Part shown: piece after piece, positions 45,606 through 54,918 of the stretch
Layout of the letters: the number at the start of each line of letters is the position of its first letter
Numbering within the stretch: position 1 is the stretch's first letter
NCBI GenBank assembly: GCA_903926605.1
Contig: CAIYJV010000031.1
Location: 8,178 to 72,177 of the forward strand
From: an uncultured Bacteroidota bacterium
Lineage (GTDB): Bacteria; Bacteroidota; Bacteroidia; Chitinophagales; Chitinophagaceae
Direction: 5' to 3'
Length of the DNA stretch: 64,000 nt
Made by a program: the position numbers and the translations under genes
The notes under the pieces: model-generated
The model's database searches: none
Seen by the model: only the letters and a program-made list of their open reading frames with translations
What the model was told of the DNA's origin: nothing

Positions 45606-47495
45606 ATGTCAAATTATATTTACTTAGTCCCGCTCTTTCCCCTGCTGGGTTTCCTGGTCAACGGCATTTTTTGGAAATCAATGCCCAAGTCTGTAGGGGG
45701 CATTATCGGCACGCTTACTATCCTGGCTTCATTCATAGTGTCGCTCATGATATTTTTCGAGATCCGGGAGAATGCAAGCCACGGCCCGGCCATCGTCACC
45801 CTGTTCCCGTTCATACAGTCCGGCAAGCTGCTCATCCCGTTCGCTTTCCAGGTAGATGCGCTGTCGTCGCTTTTCCTGCTCATCATTACGGGTATTGGCT
45901 TCCTCATCCATGTATACTCCACATCCTATATGCATCATGATGAGGGCATGGTAAAGTATTTTTCTTACCTCAACCTGTTCGTGTTCTTCATGTTGCTGCT
46001 CGTACTGGGTGCCAACTATGTGGTTATGTTCATTGGCTGGGAGGGCGTAGGTCTCTGTTCTTATCTCCTTATTGGTTTTTGGTTCAAGAATCGCGATTAT
46101 ACCAACGCCGGCAAGAAAGCATTTATCATGAACCGTATCGGCGACCTTGGGTTTCTGGTCGGTATGCTGCTCATTCTGCTCAACTTTGGTACACTTTCTT
46201 ATCAGGAGTTTTTCGGACAGTTGAAATCCGGTTCCACAGTCATTTCTCAGTCTTCCTATAACTGGATCACCCTTTGCCTCTTTATCGGTGCAACCGGCAA
46301 GAGTGCACAGATTCCGCTTTACACCTGGTTGCCCGACGCAATGGCCGGTCCAACCCCTGTATCTGCACTCATCCATGCCGCTACCATGGTTACCGCCGGT
46401 ATCTATATGATAGCGCGCAGCAACATCCTTTTCGATCTCGCTCCTGCTACCATGCACATTGTAGCAATTATTGGTCTCGTTACAGCTTTGTTTGCCGCAA
46501 CCATTGCCGTTCGTCAGTACGACATCAAAAAGGTATTGGCCTATAGTACGGTCAGCCAGCTTGGATTCATGTTCCTTGCACTTGGTGTAGGCGCTTATAC
46601 CACTGCCGTGTTTCACGTCATGACACACGCCTTCTTCAAAGCATTGTTGTTCCTTGGTTCGGGTTCAGTGATTCATGCAATGGGTGGCGAACAGGATATA
46701 CGCAAAATGGGTGGCCTCGGCAAAAAAATGCGCACCACGCAATATACCTTCCTCATTGGTTGTCTGGCAATTTCCGGTATTCCCGGTCTGTCAGGTTTCT
46801 TCTCAAAGGATGAGATTCTTTCACACGCTTTCTCCCGTAGCCCCATGTTCTACATATTTGGTATCATGGCTGCAATGATGACGGCATACTATATGTTCCG
46901 TCTTTACTTCCTTACGTTCACAGGCAGTTTCCGCGGAACGGAAGAACAGAAGCACCATCTGCACGAAAGCCCTGCTGCAATGACCGTACCACTGGTGATA
47001 CTTGCGGTGCTGGCAATTGTGGGTGGCTATGTGGGCTTGCCCGAGGTTATGAGCGAGCACAATGAGATAGCGGAGTTCCTGGCTCCTGTGGTAACCAATT
47101 TCGGAGACTTCCACATGGCGGCCTCTACCGAATGGATGCTCATGGCGATTTCTGTAGCGGTAGCGGTGGTGATGATCCTGGTTGCCTGGTCTGTAAATAA
47201 AAAGCCTTCATTCACACCCAGCAAAGGATTGGCCAAAGTGCTCGAAAACAAATGGTATGTGGATGAGATTTACGATGCTGTGATTGTGAAGCCACTTACG
47301 GCCATTTCGAAGTTGCTGGATAGTGTGTTCGAAAAGATCATGATAGATGGCACCGTAAATGGCGTGGGCAAAACAGTGAAGTGGGGTAGCGAGCGTGTCA
47401 GGTTACTGCAGGCCGGCCAGGTTGGCTTCTACATCTTTATTATGGTTTTAGGTATGATTGCATTGTTCTCGATCAGCGTTTTTTGGATTAAATAA
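45606..47495 (+). CDS. nuoL: NADH-quinone oxidoreductase subunit L
   Basis: 629 aa, antiporter-like. WEGVGLCSYLLIGFW and KSAQIPLYTWLPDAMAGPTPVSALIHAATMV. Confidence 0.95.
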   Translation: MSNYIYLVPLFPLLGFLVNGIFWKSMPKSVGGIIGTLTILASFIVSLMIFFEIRENASHGPAIVTLFPFIQSGKLLIPFAFQVDALSSLFLLIITGIGFLIHVYSTSYMHHDEGMVKYFSYLNLFVFFMLLLVLGANYVVMFIGWEGVGLCSYLLIGFWFKNRDYTNAGKKAFIMNRIGDLGFLVGMLLILLNFGTLSYQEFFGQLKSGSTVISQSSYNWITLCLFIGATGKSAQIPLYTWLPDAMAGPTPVSALIHAATMVTAGIYMIARSNILFDLAPATMHIVAIIGLVTALFAATIAVRQYDIKKVLAYSTVSQLGFMFLALGVGAYTTAVFHVMTHAFFKALLFLGSGSVIHAMGGEQDIRKMGGLGKKMRTTQYTFLIGCLAISGIPGLSGFFSKDEILSHAFSRSPMFYIFGIMAAMMTAYYMFRLYFLTFTGSFRGTEEQKHHLHESPAAMTVPLVILAVLAIVGGYVGLPEVMSEHNEIAEFLAPVVTNFGDFHMAASTEWMLMAISVAVAVVMILVAWSVNKKPSFTPSKGLAKVLENKWYVDEIYDAVIVKPLTAISKLLDSVFEKIMIDGTVNGVGKTVKWGSERVRLLQAGQVGFYIFIMVLGMIALFSISVFWIK

Positions 47496-47542
47496 ATTAT
47501 CACGGCACCCGGCAAACGGTTGTTGCATCAATAGAGTCTGTT

Positions 47543-48985
47543 ATGAATTTATTACTGCTTATTCTGATTCCCTTACTGTCTGGCATTTTCTCTTTTGGTA
47601 TCAGGGAGGAAGGTGTGAAAATACTTGCGTTGGTCAGCACGCTGGCAACACTTGTCGTCTCCGGACTACTGGCTTTTTCGTGTGGATGCAATATGGCCAC
47701 CACTTTCTCCATGCCGTGGATCCCGGACCTCGGTACACGGTTCAGTCTTATGGGCGATGGCATGAGTGCCATGCTTTGCCTCCTGACCGGTATCGTGATG
47801 CTGGTAGTGATGCTGGTGAACAACAATAAGCACGTAGATCGCCCCAATGCTTTCTACGGTCACATGCTGCTGGCACAGGCTGGTCTTATGGGCGTGTTCC
47901 TTGCCAATGATGCGTTGTTGTTTTATTTCTTCTGGGAGCTGGCCCTCATACCCGTGTACTTCCTTTGCTCACAGTGGGGTGGTGAAAAACGCATTCCTGT
48001 TACGTTCAAGTTCTTCATTTATACGTTTGTAGGCAGCTTGTTAATGCTGGCAGGTCTTATCTACTTGTCTGTGCAAACTCCAGGCCTGCGCAGCTTTGCC
48101 TGGCAGGACATCATTCATGCCGGATCGCAGCTGCCTGCTGCTACGCAACACTGGCTGTTCGCACTCATGTTCGTAGCTTTCGCTATCAAAATGCCGATAT
48201 TCCCCTTCCATACCTGGCAGCCCGACACCTACGAAGTTTCACCAACACCCGTTACTATTATCCTTAGTGCGCTGATGGTAAAAATGGGCCTTTACGCCGT
48301 GCTTCGCTGGGTTCTTCCCGTATTGCCCGAAGGTGCGATCTATTGGACCGATACCATTATCGTCCTTTCTGTTATCGGCATTGTATATGCTTCGTGCCTG
48401 GCCATAGTGCAAACCGATATTAAGCGTCTGGTAGCCTATTCGTCCATCGCACACATGGGTCTAATGGCTGCAGTGGCATTCATGAACAGCAAAGTAGGTA
48501 TGCATGGTGTTATGCTCCAGATGTTCAACCATGGTATCAATATTACCGGTATCTGGGTTATCATCAGCATGATAGAAAACAGGTGGGGAACCAGAGATAT
48601 GAGACAGCTTGGTGGCATGGCCACTTCTGCCCCCAAAATGGCCATTGCGTTCGTTGTTATTTCGCTGGCCAGTGTGGCGCTACCGCTTACCAATGGGTTC
48701 GTGGGCGAATTCATGATGTTCAACGGATTGTTCGGTACTTCGTCCTGTAGCCACATCGTGATGGTTATTGCCGGTCTGGGTGTGATACTGGGTGCGGTAT
48801 ATACCCTCAACATGATTCAGAAAACCACCTATGGCGAAGTAGTGGCCATGAATATAAAAGGAGATCTGGCCTTCAACGAGTTTGCAGGCCTGTTCATAAT
48901 TATCGGTATTATTATTTTCCTCGGCGTATATCCGCAACCCATGCTGGATCTTACGTCTGCAGTTAGTTCTATGCTGATAAAATAG
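47543..48985 (+). CDS. nuoM: NADH-quinone oxidoreductase subunit M
   Basis: 480 aa, antiporter-like. FFWELALIPVYFL and FPFHTWQPDTY. Confidence 0.95.
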   Translation: MNLLLLILIPLLSGIFSFGIREEGVKILALVSTLATLVVSGLLAFSCGCNMATTFSMPWIPDLGTRFSLMGDGMSAMLCLLTGIVMLVVMLVNNNKHVDRPNAFYGHMLLAQAGLMGVFLANDALLFYFFWELALIPVYFLCSQWGGEKRIPVTFKFFIYTFVGSLLMLAGLIYLSVQTPGLRSFAWQDIIHAGSQLPAATQHWLFALMFVAFAIKMPIFPFHTWQPDTYEVSPTPVTIILSALMVKMGLYAVLRWVLPVLPEGAIYWTDTIIVLSVIGIVYASCLAIVQTDIKRLVAYSSIAHMGLMAAVAFMNSKVGMHGVMLQMFNHGINITGIWVIISMIENRWGTRDMRQLGGMATSAPKMAIAFVVISLASVALPLTNGFVGEFMMFNGLFGTSSCSHIVMVIAGLGVILGAVYTLNMIQKTTYGEVVAMNIKGDLAFNEFAGLFIIIGIIIFLGVYPQPMLDLTSAVSSMLIK

Positions 48986-49122
48986 CATTCTGTACCTGTG
49001 GGTACCGAATTGCGGCTGAGTATTAAACCGGACGACCGGAATGAAATTTTGAACTTGCTTTCGCCCTTCGCGGCGCTAAACCCAAAGCAGCGGAAGCAGA
49101 TGAAAAGACAAATATTATACAG

Positions 49123-50496
49123 ATGAAAGCATTAATTGCTGCTACGGTTTTTGGAGTTATAATGATGTTCTCGGGCATCGTGATGCATAACAGGAAGAGT
49201 ATTGCCACGCTTGCGGTAGCGCTGTTCGCGGTACTTACAGGTATTTCGGTCTGGGACCTCATTTCGGCCCCGTGCGATGCTCCCCAGCTCCTGTTCAACA
49301 ATATGTTGCGCCTGGAGAATCTGTCGCTCTGGTTCTGTGTCCTCATGACCGCTGCCACATTATTGTATGTCATGCTCCTTCACAAAGAGATAGAGAATGT
49401 GGGTAGCCATGTGGCCGAATACTTCGCGCTTATTTTCTTCATTCTTACCGGCATCTACCTGCTTGCTACCTTCAACAATATGCTCATGCTGTTCATCGGT
49501 ATCGAGATACTCTCCATTCCGCAGTACATCCTGGCCGGCAGCGACAAGTACAACCTGAAGAGCAGTGAGGCTTCACTCAAATATTTCCTGATGGGTGCAT
49601 TTTCAACCGGTATTATGCTCATGGGCATTACGCTGGTATACGGAGCCGCACATTCTTTCAACATCATGGATTTTGTAAGTATGCTGCATTCCGAGTCGCT
49701 CAATCCTATGGCACTTGCGGGTATACTGTTCATTATCATGGCATTCTCATTCAAGGTTTCCGCAGCCCCTATGCACATGTGGACCCCCGATGTGTATGAC
49801 GGCGCCCCCACACCTTTCACTGCATTTATGGCAACTATTGGCAAGGCAGCCGCATTTTTCGCTTTCCTCCGCCTTTTCCATGTGGCCTTCGCAAACCTCA
49901 GCAGTCACTGGACCACCATCATAGCTATTATTACCGCCGCTACACTGTTCATTGGTAACATTACAGCAGTCTTCCAGCAAAGCGTGAAGCGTATGCTTGC
50001 CTATTCATCCATTGCTCAGGCTGGCTTTATGTTGTTTGCAGTGCTGGCAGTAAATGCAGCGGCATGGCATGGTATCATTATTTACGCAGCAGCCTATTCG
50101 GTTGCCACAATCGGTTTGTTCTCTGTACTGGTAAAATTAAAGGACTATACCTACGACGGTTTTAACGGACTGGCTAAAAAGGAACCCATGCTTGCATTCT
50201 CTGCGGCAATATTTGTGTTCTCGCTGGCGGGCATCCCGCTCACCGGTGGTTTCATGGCCAAATACTATGTACTGCTGGCTGTAATGCAGCAGGGGCACCA
50301 GATGTGGCTCATTATTTTTGCCCTGCTCATGGCTGCTGTAAGCGTGTATTATTATTTCAGGGTCATTGCCGCCATGTATTTCAAGGCCGGCGATCCCCAG
50401 ATCGCATCGCCAGTCACTTTGGGAGATAAGCTGTTGCTCGGCCTCACATGCCTAATAGTGCTGTTGCTGGGTATAGCTCCACAACTGGTAATGTGA
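49123..50496 (+). CDS. nuoN: NADH-quinone oxidoreductase subunit N
   Basis: 457 aa, antiporter-like. FKVSAAPMHMWTPDVYDGAPTP and KRMLAYSSIAQAGFM. Confidence 0.95.
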   Translation: MKALIAATVFGVIMMFSGIVMHNRKSIATLAVALFAVLTGISVWDLISAPCDAPQLLFNNMLRLENLSLWFCVLMTAATLLYVMLLHKEIENVGSHVAEYFALIFFILTGIYLLATFNNMLMLFIGIEILSIPQYILAGSDKYNLKSSEASLKYFLMGAFSTGIMLMGITLVYGAAHSFNIMDFVSMLHSESLNPMALAGILFIIMAFSFKVSAAPMHMWTPDVYDGAPTPFTAFMATIGKAAAFFAFLRLFHVAFANLSSHWTTIIAIITAATLFIGNITAVFQQSVKRMLAYSSIAQAGFMLFAVLAVNAAAWHGIIIYAAAYSVATIGLFSVLVKLKDYTYDGFNGLAKKEPMLAFSAAIFVFSLAGIPLTGGFMAKYYVLLAVMQQGHQMWLIIFALLMAAVSVYYYFRVIAAMYFKAGDPQIASPVTLGDKLLLGLTCLIVLLLGIAPQLVM

Positions 50497-50557
50497 TAAA
50501 TGCACACTACACAAGGAAGGAGCCTTAGGTATTACTGTTGATTACACAATTGGCAGC

Positions 50558-51556
50558 CTACGCCAGATCTATCTCTGTATTGTCGCCTATGTTCAGGCTC
50601 TGGCTCAGACCACGCACGTATGCATCGTTGCCAATGATAGACGAATTGAGTACCACCTGCTGCAATTCTGCATAAGACCCGATAATAGAGTCTCGTACGA
50701 TCGAGGATTTTACCTTGGTATGCTCTCCAATAGTAACGTTGGGCCCAATTATCGAATGTTCTATAATGCAGCCCTCAGCTATGTTTACCGGAGGAATGAT
50801 CACGCTGCCTTCAAAATAGTTCTGATGTTTGTCGGGATGGGTGTCATACATCTGTTTCAGCAGAATTGCGTTGGTAGACAACAGCGATTCCTTTTTGCCG
50901 CAGTCAAACCAGTTGTTCACTCTGAATGCATGTAGCTGTATGCCGTCTTCCAGCATGTGCTGAAGCGCATTGGTAAAATGGTATTCGCCGTTTTCATCGG
51001 CTGTGTTGTTCAGATGTTTGTTCAGAGCAGCAAACATGGCTTCGGTCTCCTTGATGTAGTAGATACCCACCATGGCCATATTCGACTTCGGAATAATGGG
51101 CTTCTCCACCATTCTGGTCACCATGTCTTTGTCATTCAGTTCAGCTACGCCAAATCCACGGGGGTCATCAACTTTTCTCACGCCAATTTGCGATATGCCG
51201 CTTTCCACCACCTCTTTTACGCTGTAGTCGCATACCGTATCGCCCAGCACGATCATTACTTCGTCTGTCTGCACGCTGTCTTTCGCCAGCCAGATAGCAT
51301 GGCCGGTGCCCCGCCGATCGTTTTGTGTAATAAATGTATTGTTGAGGTGCGGGTATGTTTTCTCAATATAATGCTGGATCTTTTCGCCCAAGTAGCCTAT
51401 CACGTAGATAAACTCCGTAATTCCCGCATCGGTCAGTTGGTCTACAATCACACCCAGAATAGTCTTGCCTGCAATCGGAATCAGCGCTTTGGGTTGTGTA
51501 TATGTCAGCGGGCGCAGTTTGGTGCCGGCGCCTGCCACCGGAATAATAGCTTTCAC
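50558..51556 (-). CDS. Sugar-phosphate nucleotidyltransferase with a C-terminal left-handed beta-helix
   Basis: MKAIIPVAGAGTKLRPLTYTQPKALIPIAGK N-terminal NTP-transferase motif. Hexapeptide-like repeats in the last ~90 aa. Confidence 0.85.
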   Translation of the reverse strand: MKAIIPVAGAGTKLRPLTYTQPKALIPIAGKTILGVIVDQLTDAGITEFIYVIGYLGEKIQHYIEKTYPHLNNTFITQNDRRGTGHAIWLAKDSVQTDEVMIVLGDTVCDYSVKEVVESGISQIGVRKVDDPRGFGVAELNDKDMVTRMVEKPIIPKSNMAMVGIYYIKETEAMFAALNKHLNNTADENGEYHFTNALQHMLEDGIQLHAFRVNNWFDCGKKESLLSTNAILLKQMYDTHPDKHQNYFEGSVIIPPVNIAEGCIIEHSIIGPNVTIGEHTKVKSSIVRDSIIGSYAELQQVVLNSSIIGNDAYVRGLSQSLNIGDNTEIDLA

Positions 51557-51697
51557 TGTTTATTATTGAGCGACAAAAGTAACGAAAATAAAAAGGGCAA
51601 ATTACAGGTGTATAATTTATTAATATAGACATTGGACAATGGTGTGTACAGTATATTTTGTGTGAAGAATGTAATACCCATTCTACGGCATAGGTTA

Positions 51698-51875
51698 GCA
51701 AGCCCGAAAGGCTTGAATGAAAATAGCCGGGTCTAACCCGGGTGGTAAGATTTACTTTGATCCAACCCTGGAAGGGTTGAATTTGAATAGCCCCGGGCCT
51801 ATCCCGGGTGGTAAGATGTTCGTTTAGCCAACCCTGGAAGGGTTGAATGTGAATAGCCCCGGGCCGCGCCCGCCT
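51698..51875 (+). repeat. Tandem array (2.5 units) of a ~66-70 nt double-hairpin intergenic repeat
   Basis: Units at 51712-51781 and 51782-51847, plus a partial unit at 51848-51875. Each unit is TTGAAT..AGCC + CCCGGG-N5-CCCGGG hairpin + GTGGTAAGAT.. spacer + CAACCCT-GGA-AGGGTTG hairpin + AAT. Confidence 0.85.
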
Positions 51876-51935
51876 GACACATGACGAAGGACATGGCACA
51901 GTTTAATTTGCATTCCCTCGGGAACAACTTAGAGA

Positions 51936-52718
51936 TTATTTATTGTACTCTATTTGCCTAACAATAACTCCGTCGAGTTTATTGTCCACATAAATATTTT
52001 TCGTTAGCCAATTTCCTTCGTTATCAATATCTCCATATTCTGATATAGTTATGCTCAAACTGCCGTCTGATTGAAAACAAGAATCAACAATAATATCACC
52101 AACTTTATTGTAACTGTAGAAACTTACAAACCATAAACTTCCATCATGTTTATTCGTTTTAAATTCAATTACATTGCCTTTTTTATCCTTTTTTAGAATT
52201 GAATTGTGGTCAAAACTATCCAGCTTATTGTAGTGAATTAATTCAATACTATCACCGGCATATTTGTATTTGGTTCTTGTTCGTCTTTTGAAGTCTTCTC
52301 CGGTACAATCGTCAAACTCAATTAACTCTCCACCGGCATTGTAATAGTAATCAAATACATAATTTAATTCTCCGACAGCGTTGAAATAATTGACCTTGAC
52401 TAACTGGTTGTTTTTATTAAATGTGTTTGTAGTTTTCCAGTGGGGATTGCCATTTCCATAAAATGAGATAATTTCTATTTCGTTTCCAAGATTGTTAAAT
52501 TTGAAAGTGTTCGTCCATTTGATACTGTCTTTTAAAATAATTCCTGATTTCTTTTGAACGAAATAGCTAGATTCAGTTATTGATTTAATAGTTCCATAAA
52601 CTTTTTCATATTCTTTCGGAAGAACATAAAATTGCGATTCCGATGATTTTTTATGTATTCTTTTTTGAGAACAAGAAATTAGCAAAAGACAGGAGATTAC
52701 AGTGGATATGGATTTCAT
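51936..52718 (-). CDS. Hypothetical lipoprotein built from YD/RHS-like beta-hairpin repeats
   Basis: Lipobox LLLISCSQ. At least six repeats of the pattern [FY]x[FY][ND]xxG[ND/E]xI[EV]: FKFNNLGNEIEI, FNKNNQLVKV, YYYNAGGELIEF, YKYAGDSIELI, KDKKGNVIEF, YSYNKVGDIIV. Very AT-rich: 19 G+C in each of the two 60-nt lines I counted. Confidence 0.65.
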   Translation of the reverse strand: MKSISTVISCLLLISCSQKRIHKKSSESQFYVLPKEYEKVYGTIKSITESSYFVQKKSGIILKDSIKWTNTFKFNNLGNEIEIISFYGNGNPHWKTTNTFNKNNQLVKVNYFNAVGELNYVFDYYYNAGGELIEFDDCTGEDFKRRTRTKYKYAGDSIELIHYNKLDSFDHNSILKKDKKGNVIEFKTNKHDGSLWFVSFYSYNKVGDIIVDSCFQSDGSLSITISEYGDIDNEGNWLTKNIYVDNKLDGVIVRQIEYNK

Positions 52719-52926
52719 AATGCCAATGTGTTTTGGATCCGTAAAATTAGTCTAAAAATCTATTGCGCTTTGATCGTAGCGAGATTCTACCCCGTTTTTC
52801 CGGATGTTCCGCAGGGTCATCTGGAACTGCAAATAAAACCCGGTTTTAGACCGCCTTCAAACGCAGGTTGCTTGATGTCATTTACACCGCTTTCAAATTA
52901 TTATCAAGCGATCTTTGGTTACGACG

Positions 52927-53070
52927 GGCGTTGCAAACGCCTTTCCGTGAGATCTGCGTTGAAAACGCGGACCGGTGGAGGGCCAACCCTGCAAGGGTTG
53001 AATTTGAATAGCCCCGGGCCTAGCCCGGGGGGGATTGATATTCCTTGAGCCAACCCTGAAAGGGTTGAAT
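52927..53070 (+). repeat. Second array of the same double-hairpin repeat, preceded by two related short hairpins
   Basis: GGCGTT-GCA-AACGCC (52927-52941). GCGTT-GAA-AACGC (52956-52968). Half unit CCAACCCTGCAAGGGTTGAAT (52983-53003). Full 67-nt unit at 53004-53070. Same strand orientation as the array at 51698-51875. Confidence 0.85.
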
Positions 53071-53192
53071 GTAAAATATGCGTATGATATTGCTGTCTAA
53101 TTAGTATAATCAAGTAAAACTGTAAATATTTTGAATTTTGAAATTTCCGTGTTTTCTTATTTTTGGATACTAAACCCTGAAACACCTGCTGT

Positions 53193-53672
53193 ATGAAAAA
53201 GAATATTCTGGCTACTTGCTGCTTTCTGGGAGTCTTTTTGACTGCTCACGCCATAGATAGCAAATTGAAGCACACTTGCAATTCTTTGCCAGTCAAGTCA
53301 GGCACAATAACCCGTACCCTAACCACAGACAAGAACATCCATACGGTTTTGATAACAGGCAATTTCTACGACGTGAACTCGTTGGACGAAAGCGAAGTAA
53401 TGTCGGTATTCAGGCAGAAAGACAGCTCCCAGGTTGTTATTGTCGAGACTAAATCCGGGCCCTTTATTACCTACCTGCAATTGCAGGACGTCAAAGTGCA
53501 TAATGGACAAAAAATAAAGAAGGGCCAATTACTGGCAAAAGCTGGTCCTGCCAAAGACGGATCCAAAAGAGAGATCGGGATTCAGATTTGGGTATCTGTA
53601 GCCGGACGATCCAGTCAAAAGGAACTCAGTTTCGAAGAAACATTGGATTTCCTGAAAAAAGCAGACAATTGA
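53193..53672 (+). CDS. Small secreted protein, possibly a degenerate (non-catalytic) LytM/M23-like or lipoyl-like barrel
   Basis: Signal peptide MKKNILATCCFLGVFLTAHA. The segment VIVETKSGPFITYLQLQDVKVHNGQKIKKGQLLAKAG resembles the M23 core strand pattern, but the HxxxD and HxH zinc ligands are missing. The function call is weak. Confidence 0.5.
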   Translation: MKKNILATCCFLGVFLTAHAIDSKLKHTCNSLPVKSGTITRTLTTDKNIHTVLITGNFYDVNSLDESEVMSVFRQKDSSQVVIVETKSGPFITYLQLQDVKVHNGQKIKKGQLLAKAGPAKDGSKREIGIQIWVSVAGRSSQKELSFEETLDFLKKADN

Positions 53673-53822
53673 ACGCTCGACTTTTGTTAGTTGTTGTTTT
53701 GACTACGACCTATTCACATCAAGCCCGTTGACAGCCAACAGAGTACGTCATAATTTACTGAAAGCGTTATTTTTGGAGACTCAGTAATTACCAGAAACCT
53801 ACAGTTTTATATAAGTACCCCA

Positions 53823-54581
53823 ATGGAAAGTAAAAAAGTAACCTATTGTACCAAATTATTCAACCCGGTAAAATGTTCGTTTTATTCTTGGTTGGTATTG
53901 ATGTTGGGCATTTTCTTGATTTTAACAATTGTCAGAAGTCTTCAAAGTGAAATAGCTATTTACATTTTGGTTCCAATATGGATTTCAATGCCACTTTTTT
54001 TTCAGGAAAAAATTAAAGATTTATTTAGAAATAAAGTCAAATTGGGAATAGATGAAAAAGCGGTAACAATTTCAATACTTGACCGAATGGATGTTGTCCA
54101 AAAGGAAACAACTTTTTATTGGGACGAAATAAAGTCCTATAAATTTTATTTTTCCCAAACTAATGTTTCTTTTCTGACTATTTATTTCAAGAACGGGTCG
54201 AGTAATTCATTTACATTTGTAGATGAGAAAACTCAGGAAAAGGCGATCAAAGAAAAAAGCGTCTTTAGCATATTCCACTACTTTGTTTCTGTTTACAATC
54301 AAGGAAAGGAAGCAGACGATTCAATCGCTTTTACACCTGGACTTTACAACACAAAAGCAGGCGTAATCGGTGTTGTGTCTTTTTTTAGTATTATCCTGAT
54401 TTCGATTTTTGCGTCGTTAAAATACAAACCGGATATGGTTGTTGTGCCTGCTCTTTTTGGCGTTTCTATGTTTTTAGCATTGCTCGGAAAACGAGTCGGC
54501 GACAACAATATGAAAAAAGCCATAGACCAATTGACACCAAGGTCGCCATTTGATCAGGTCGAGGATGCTTGCAGCTGTTAA
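53823..54581 (+). CDS. Hypothetical 4-TM membrane protein with a central soluble (bacterial PH-like?) domain
   Basis: 252 aa. Two N-terminal and two C-terminal hydrophobic helices flank a domain of about 110 aa (ITISILDRMDVVQKETTFYWDEIKSYKFYF...TIYFKNGSSNSFTF). AT-rich. Confidence 0.55.
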   Translation: MESKKVTYCTKLFNPVKCSFYSWLVLMLGIFLILTIVRSLQSEIAIYILVPIWISMPLFFQEKIKDLFRNKVKLGIDEKAVTISILDRMDVVQKETTFYWDEIKSYKFYFSQTNVSFLTIYFKNGSSNSFTFVDEKTQEKAIKEKSVFSIFHYFVSVYNQGKEADDSIAFTPGLYNTKAGVIGVVSFFSIILISIFASLKYKPDMVVVPALFGVSMFLALLGKRVGDNNMKKAIDQLTPRSPFDQVEDACSC

Positions 54582-54918
54582 TTGGGGATTTTGTACCGCA
54601 TAATAAATCAATTGTCTCCACACCAGGTTTTCTACACCAATTGCAAAGCAGTTGCCACAATCTTTAGATCGTGGTAAAAAGCCATTGTTTTCTGTCTTTA
54701 GCCGAAACGGCGAGCGGGCCGGGAATAACAATATTTGAAGTTCAATTGGTATAAGAGCTTTTTTAGGAAAAATTTTGCTTAAACCCTTACCTATATTGGC
54801 TTTCGGGTAAAAATGAAACTGCAGAAAACTCCCATTGGGTATTCTGGGTTAAAACTGGCTTTTTGAGACTCGACTAACTAGTAGCAGGTGGTCAAAATTG
54901 CTATATCGGTTCGCTGTA

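Noticed and set aside
51698-51875. Whether the tandem repeats form a CRISPR array.
   Set aside because: There are only 2.5 units, contiguous and without unique spacers between them. The unit length of about 66-70 nt consists of two hairpins. No cas genes are in the window, and diverged single copies occur elsewhere. This is not CRISPR-like.
51363-51899. A 178-aa minus-strand ORF, and the 106-aa plus-strand ORF at 52728..53048, both covering the repeat arrays.
   Set aside because: Their 'protein' sequences are the repeat units translated (for example ...FQGW...TTR.RPGA... repeated, and LNLNSPGPSPGG). They have no sensible start context and overlap real genes. The conserved feature is the hairpin structure, not a reading frame.
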